From sequence record DRR723986_2372: a stretch of 64,000 bases of DNA; one strand, written 5' to 3'. This document shows, piece by piece, positions 60,674 through 64,000 of the stretch. Each line of letters begins with the position of its first letter. Within the stretch, counting starts at the first letter, position 1. Below the pieces are notes generated by a model. It was given only the letters and a program-made list of their open reading frames with translations, had not been told where the DNA came from and ran no database searches. The translations under genes were made by a program, and so were the position numbers.

Positions 60674-60846
60674 CCGTCGGCTCGACAGCACGCAACTGGC
60701 CAATACCCAGCTCGCAAATTGCTTAGCTCAGTGGCGGCGGATCGACGTCTGCGAGTCCTGGCATGGTGGTTGTACCTGTCCGTTGCTGAGAGATTCTTAG
60801 GTGCAGCTCTATTCACGGATCTGCACCGAAAGCAAATCATCTTAAG

Positions 60847-60885
60847 AAAAGAAAACGCCGACAAGCGATCTGCTTGCCGGCGTTT
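60847..60885 (-). terminator. Rho-independent terminator after groEL
   Basis: AAACGCCGACAAGC / GCTTGCCGGCGTTT stem with an A-run on the plus strand. Confidence 0.8.
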
Positions 60886-60917
60886 AGCATTGGGTTTTGA
60901 CTAGGAGCGACTACATG

Positions 60918-62594
<1,677 letters not shown>

Positions 62595-62637
62595 CTAACC
62601 TGAGCTTGCCGATTGAGAACTGACTATTCAGATCTCA

Positions 62638-62961
62638 CTATTCGAGGACAGCGAGAACTTCGCTCTCGCTCATCAGTACGTATTCAGCGTCACCGATTTC
62701 AATGTTTTCGCCAGCGTAGCTCGTGAAGAGAACGCGGTCCCCAACCTGAACTTGCATTTCACCGCGGCTGCCATCATCGAGCAGCTTGCCGTCGCCAACG
62801 CTGACAACTGTTCCACGCGTAGGCTTATCCTGTGCACTGTCTGGCAGGAAGATTCCACCTTCGGTGACACCTTCGGATTCTTCACGCTGGACGACGATTC
62901 GGTCTCCGAGCGGCTGCAGTTTGACTTTCGATGCGGACTTTGACTTAGTAGCCGTCGCCAT
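62638..62961 (-). CDS. groES: Co-chaperonin GroES
   Basis: LQPLGDRIVV, TEGGIFLPD, VGDRVLF..YAG. Confidence 0.97.
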   Translation of the reverse strand: MATATKSKSASKVKLQPLGDRIVVQREESEGVTEGGIFLPDSAQDKPTRGTVVSVGDGKLLDDGSRGEMQVQVGDRVLFTSYAGENIEIGDAEYVLMSESEVLAVLE

Positions 62962-63105
62962 TTTGCGGCACTCCTGTGCGGAAAACTTGGGATGGTTGAG
63001 TTCTGAATTCCTGGGAATTCACTTATTCCGGAAAGCTGACAGCCGCAGATTTACAGACCTGCCGCTCAGCCAAAAAGGCATACTTGTTTACGGCCCAACA
63101 CGTTG

Positions 63106-63121
63106 AGCAAAAAGCGTGCCA
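63106..63121 (-). promoter_or_regulatory. Sigma54 (-24/-12) promoter of groES-groEL
   Basis: Minus strand TGGCACGCTTTTTGCT matches TGGCAC-N5-TTGC exactly; about 145 bp upstream of groES. Confidence 0.8.
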
Positions 63122-63470
63122 TATGCAAAGCGGCAGAGTACCACTTGGTTTCAATCTCGCGCCGTATGCTTTTCCTACGCTGCCCGCTCTTCGGGAAGTC
63201 CGCTCGCCTGGCCCCACTCTTCCTGCCAACTGCAGTTACATAGAGGAGACGGCAGCGAAAAGGGATTGTGACGGAAAGCTGACTGGGAGAGCTGTGATTC
63301 GCGCTGCCATTGTGGCACCGGCAAGGAGAATTTTGGTAGATTGCGCTTCCAGCGCCTGACAGTTGAGTATTCCGAGCCGATCGTAATAGCGACCGATTGA
63401 TAGAAGCTGTCATCTACCCGCGAAACCTACCAAACTTGCCCGAGTTCTTCAGAAAGGAATCCTTCCCAAG

Positions 63471-64000
63471 ATGTCCAACTACACAATCGAAGAGTTCATT
63501 AATTCGACTGCGCAGGACGACACCGCCCGCGACTACTTCCAGCTTGAGAGCGATCGCATGCTGGAGGTTAACCTCAACGGGATGGTGTGGATGAAGGCGG
63601 GAGCTATGGTCGCGTACGTCGGTGGTATTAAATTCACCCGCGAAGGCCTGCTGGACAAGGGCCTTGGCTCGTTGATCAAACGCGGAGTAACTGGTGAAGG
63701 TGCCAAACTGACCAAGGCCGAAGGACAGGGGCGATTGTATCTGGCAGACTCAGGGAAGACGATCAAAATCCTGAGGCTGCAGGGCGAGTCAATTTTCGTA
63801 AACGGGAGCGACCTGCTTGCGTTTGAGCCCACCGTGGACTGGGAAATCAAAATGATGAAGAAGCTGGCGGCGGTCGTCTCCGGTGGATTCTTCAACGTTC
63901 GGCTTTCCGGTACAGGGCTAATTGCCATCACAACGCACTTCGAGCCAATTACACTGAGAGTGCGGCCGGGGCAGAGCGTACGAACCGACCCGAACGCGAC
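63471..64000 (+). CDS. AIM24 family protein, cut by the right edge and not in the ORF track
   Basis: Hand translation: MSNYTIEEF..MVWMKAGAMVAY..GEG..GQGRLYLAD..LLAFE..SGGFFNVRLSGTG; AAAGGA RBS. Confidence 0.88.
   Translation, partial: MSNYTIEEFINSTAQDDTARDYFQLESDRMLEVNLNGMVWMKAGAMVAYVGGIKFTREGLLDKGLGSLIKRGVTGEGAKLTKAEGQGRLYLADSGKTIKILRLQGESIFVNGSDLLAFEPTVDWEIKMMKKLAAVVSGGFFNVRLSGTGLIAITTHFEPITLRVRPGQSVRTDPNA

Overview
Ordinary chromosomal window from a Planctomycetota bacterium, probably Pirellulales. The lineage call is inferred from the DUF1559 prepilin-like gene, DUF1501, DUF1080, a BBP7-like barrel, a sulfatase, an extended L17, and an alpha operon lacking rpsD. About 50 CDSs; I found no rRNA, tRNA, CRISPR array or transposase. 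Main blocks: (1) a LacI-controlled beta-1,3-glucan locus (GPH transporter, GH149-like phosphorylase, a secreted protein cut by the left edge); (2) a membrane Ser/Thr kinase ending in a SecD-P1-like domain; (3) rpe and a degenerate histidine phosphatase behind a rod-shaped candidate RNA; (4) a VPS10/BNR protein; (5) a DUF1559 gene pair under two tandem palindromic operators; (6) lepA-ackA-M20 amidohydrolase-YbdK; (7) egtD; (8) an RDD-SpoIIM-DUF4129-DUF4350-MoxR module; (9) rpsM-rpsK-rpoA-rplQ-rpmG; (10) a nucleoside hydrolase-ribokinase-RbsB cluster interrupted by two ORFans and a REP doublet; (11) ppk2/fba; (12) groES-groEL behind a consensus sigma54 promoter. The best leads are the kinase fusion and the non-coding signals: tandem operators, candidate structured RNAs and a small set of sigma54-type promoters. 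All family calls come from motif recognition by eye; no searches were run.
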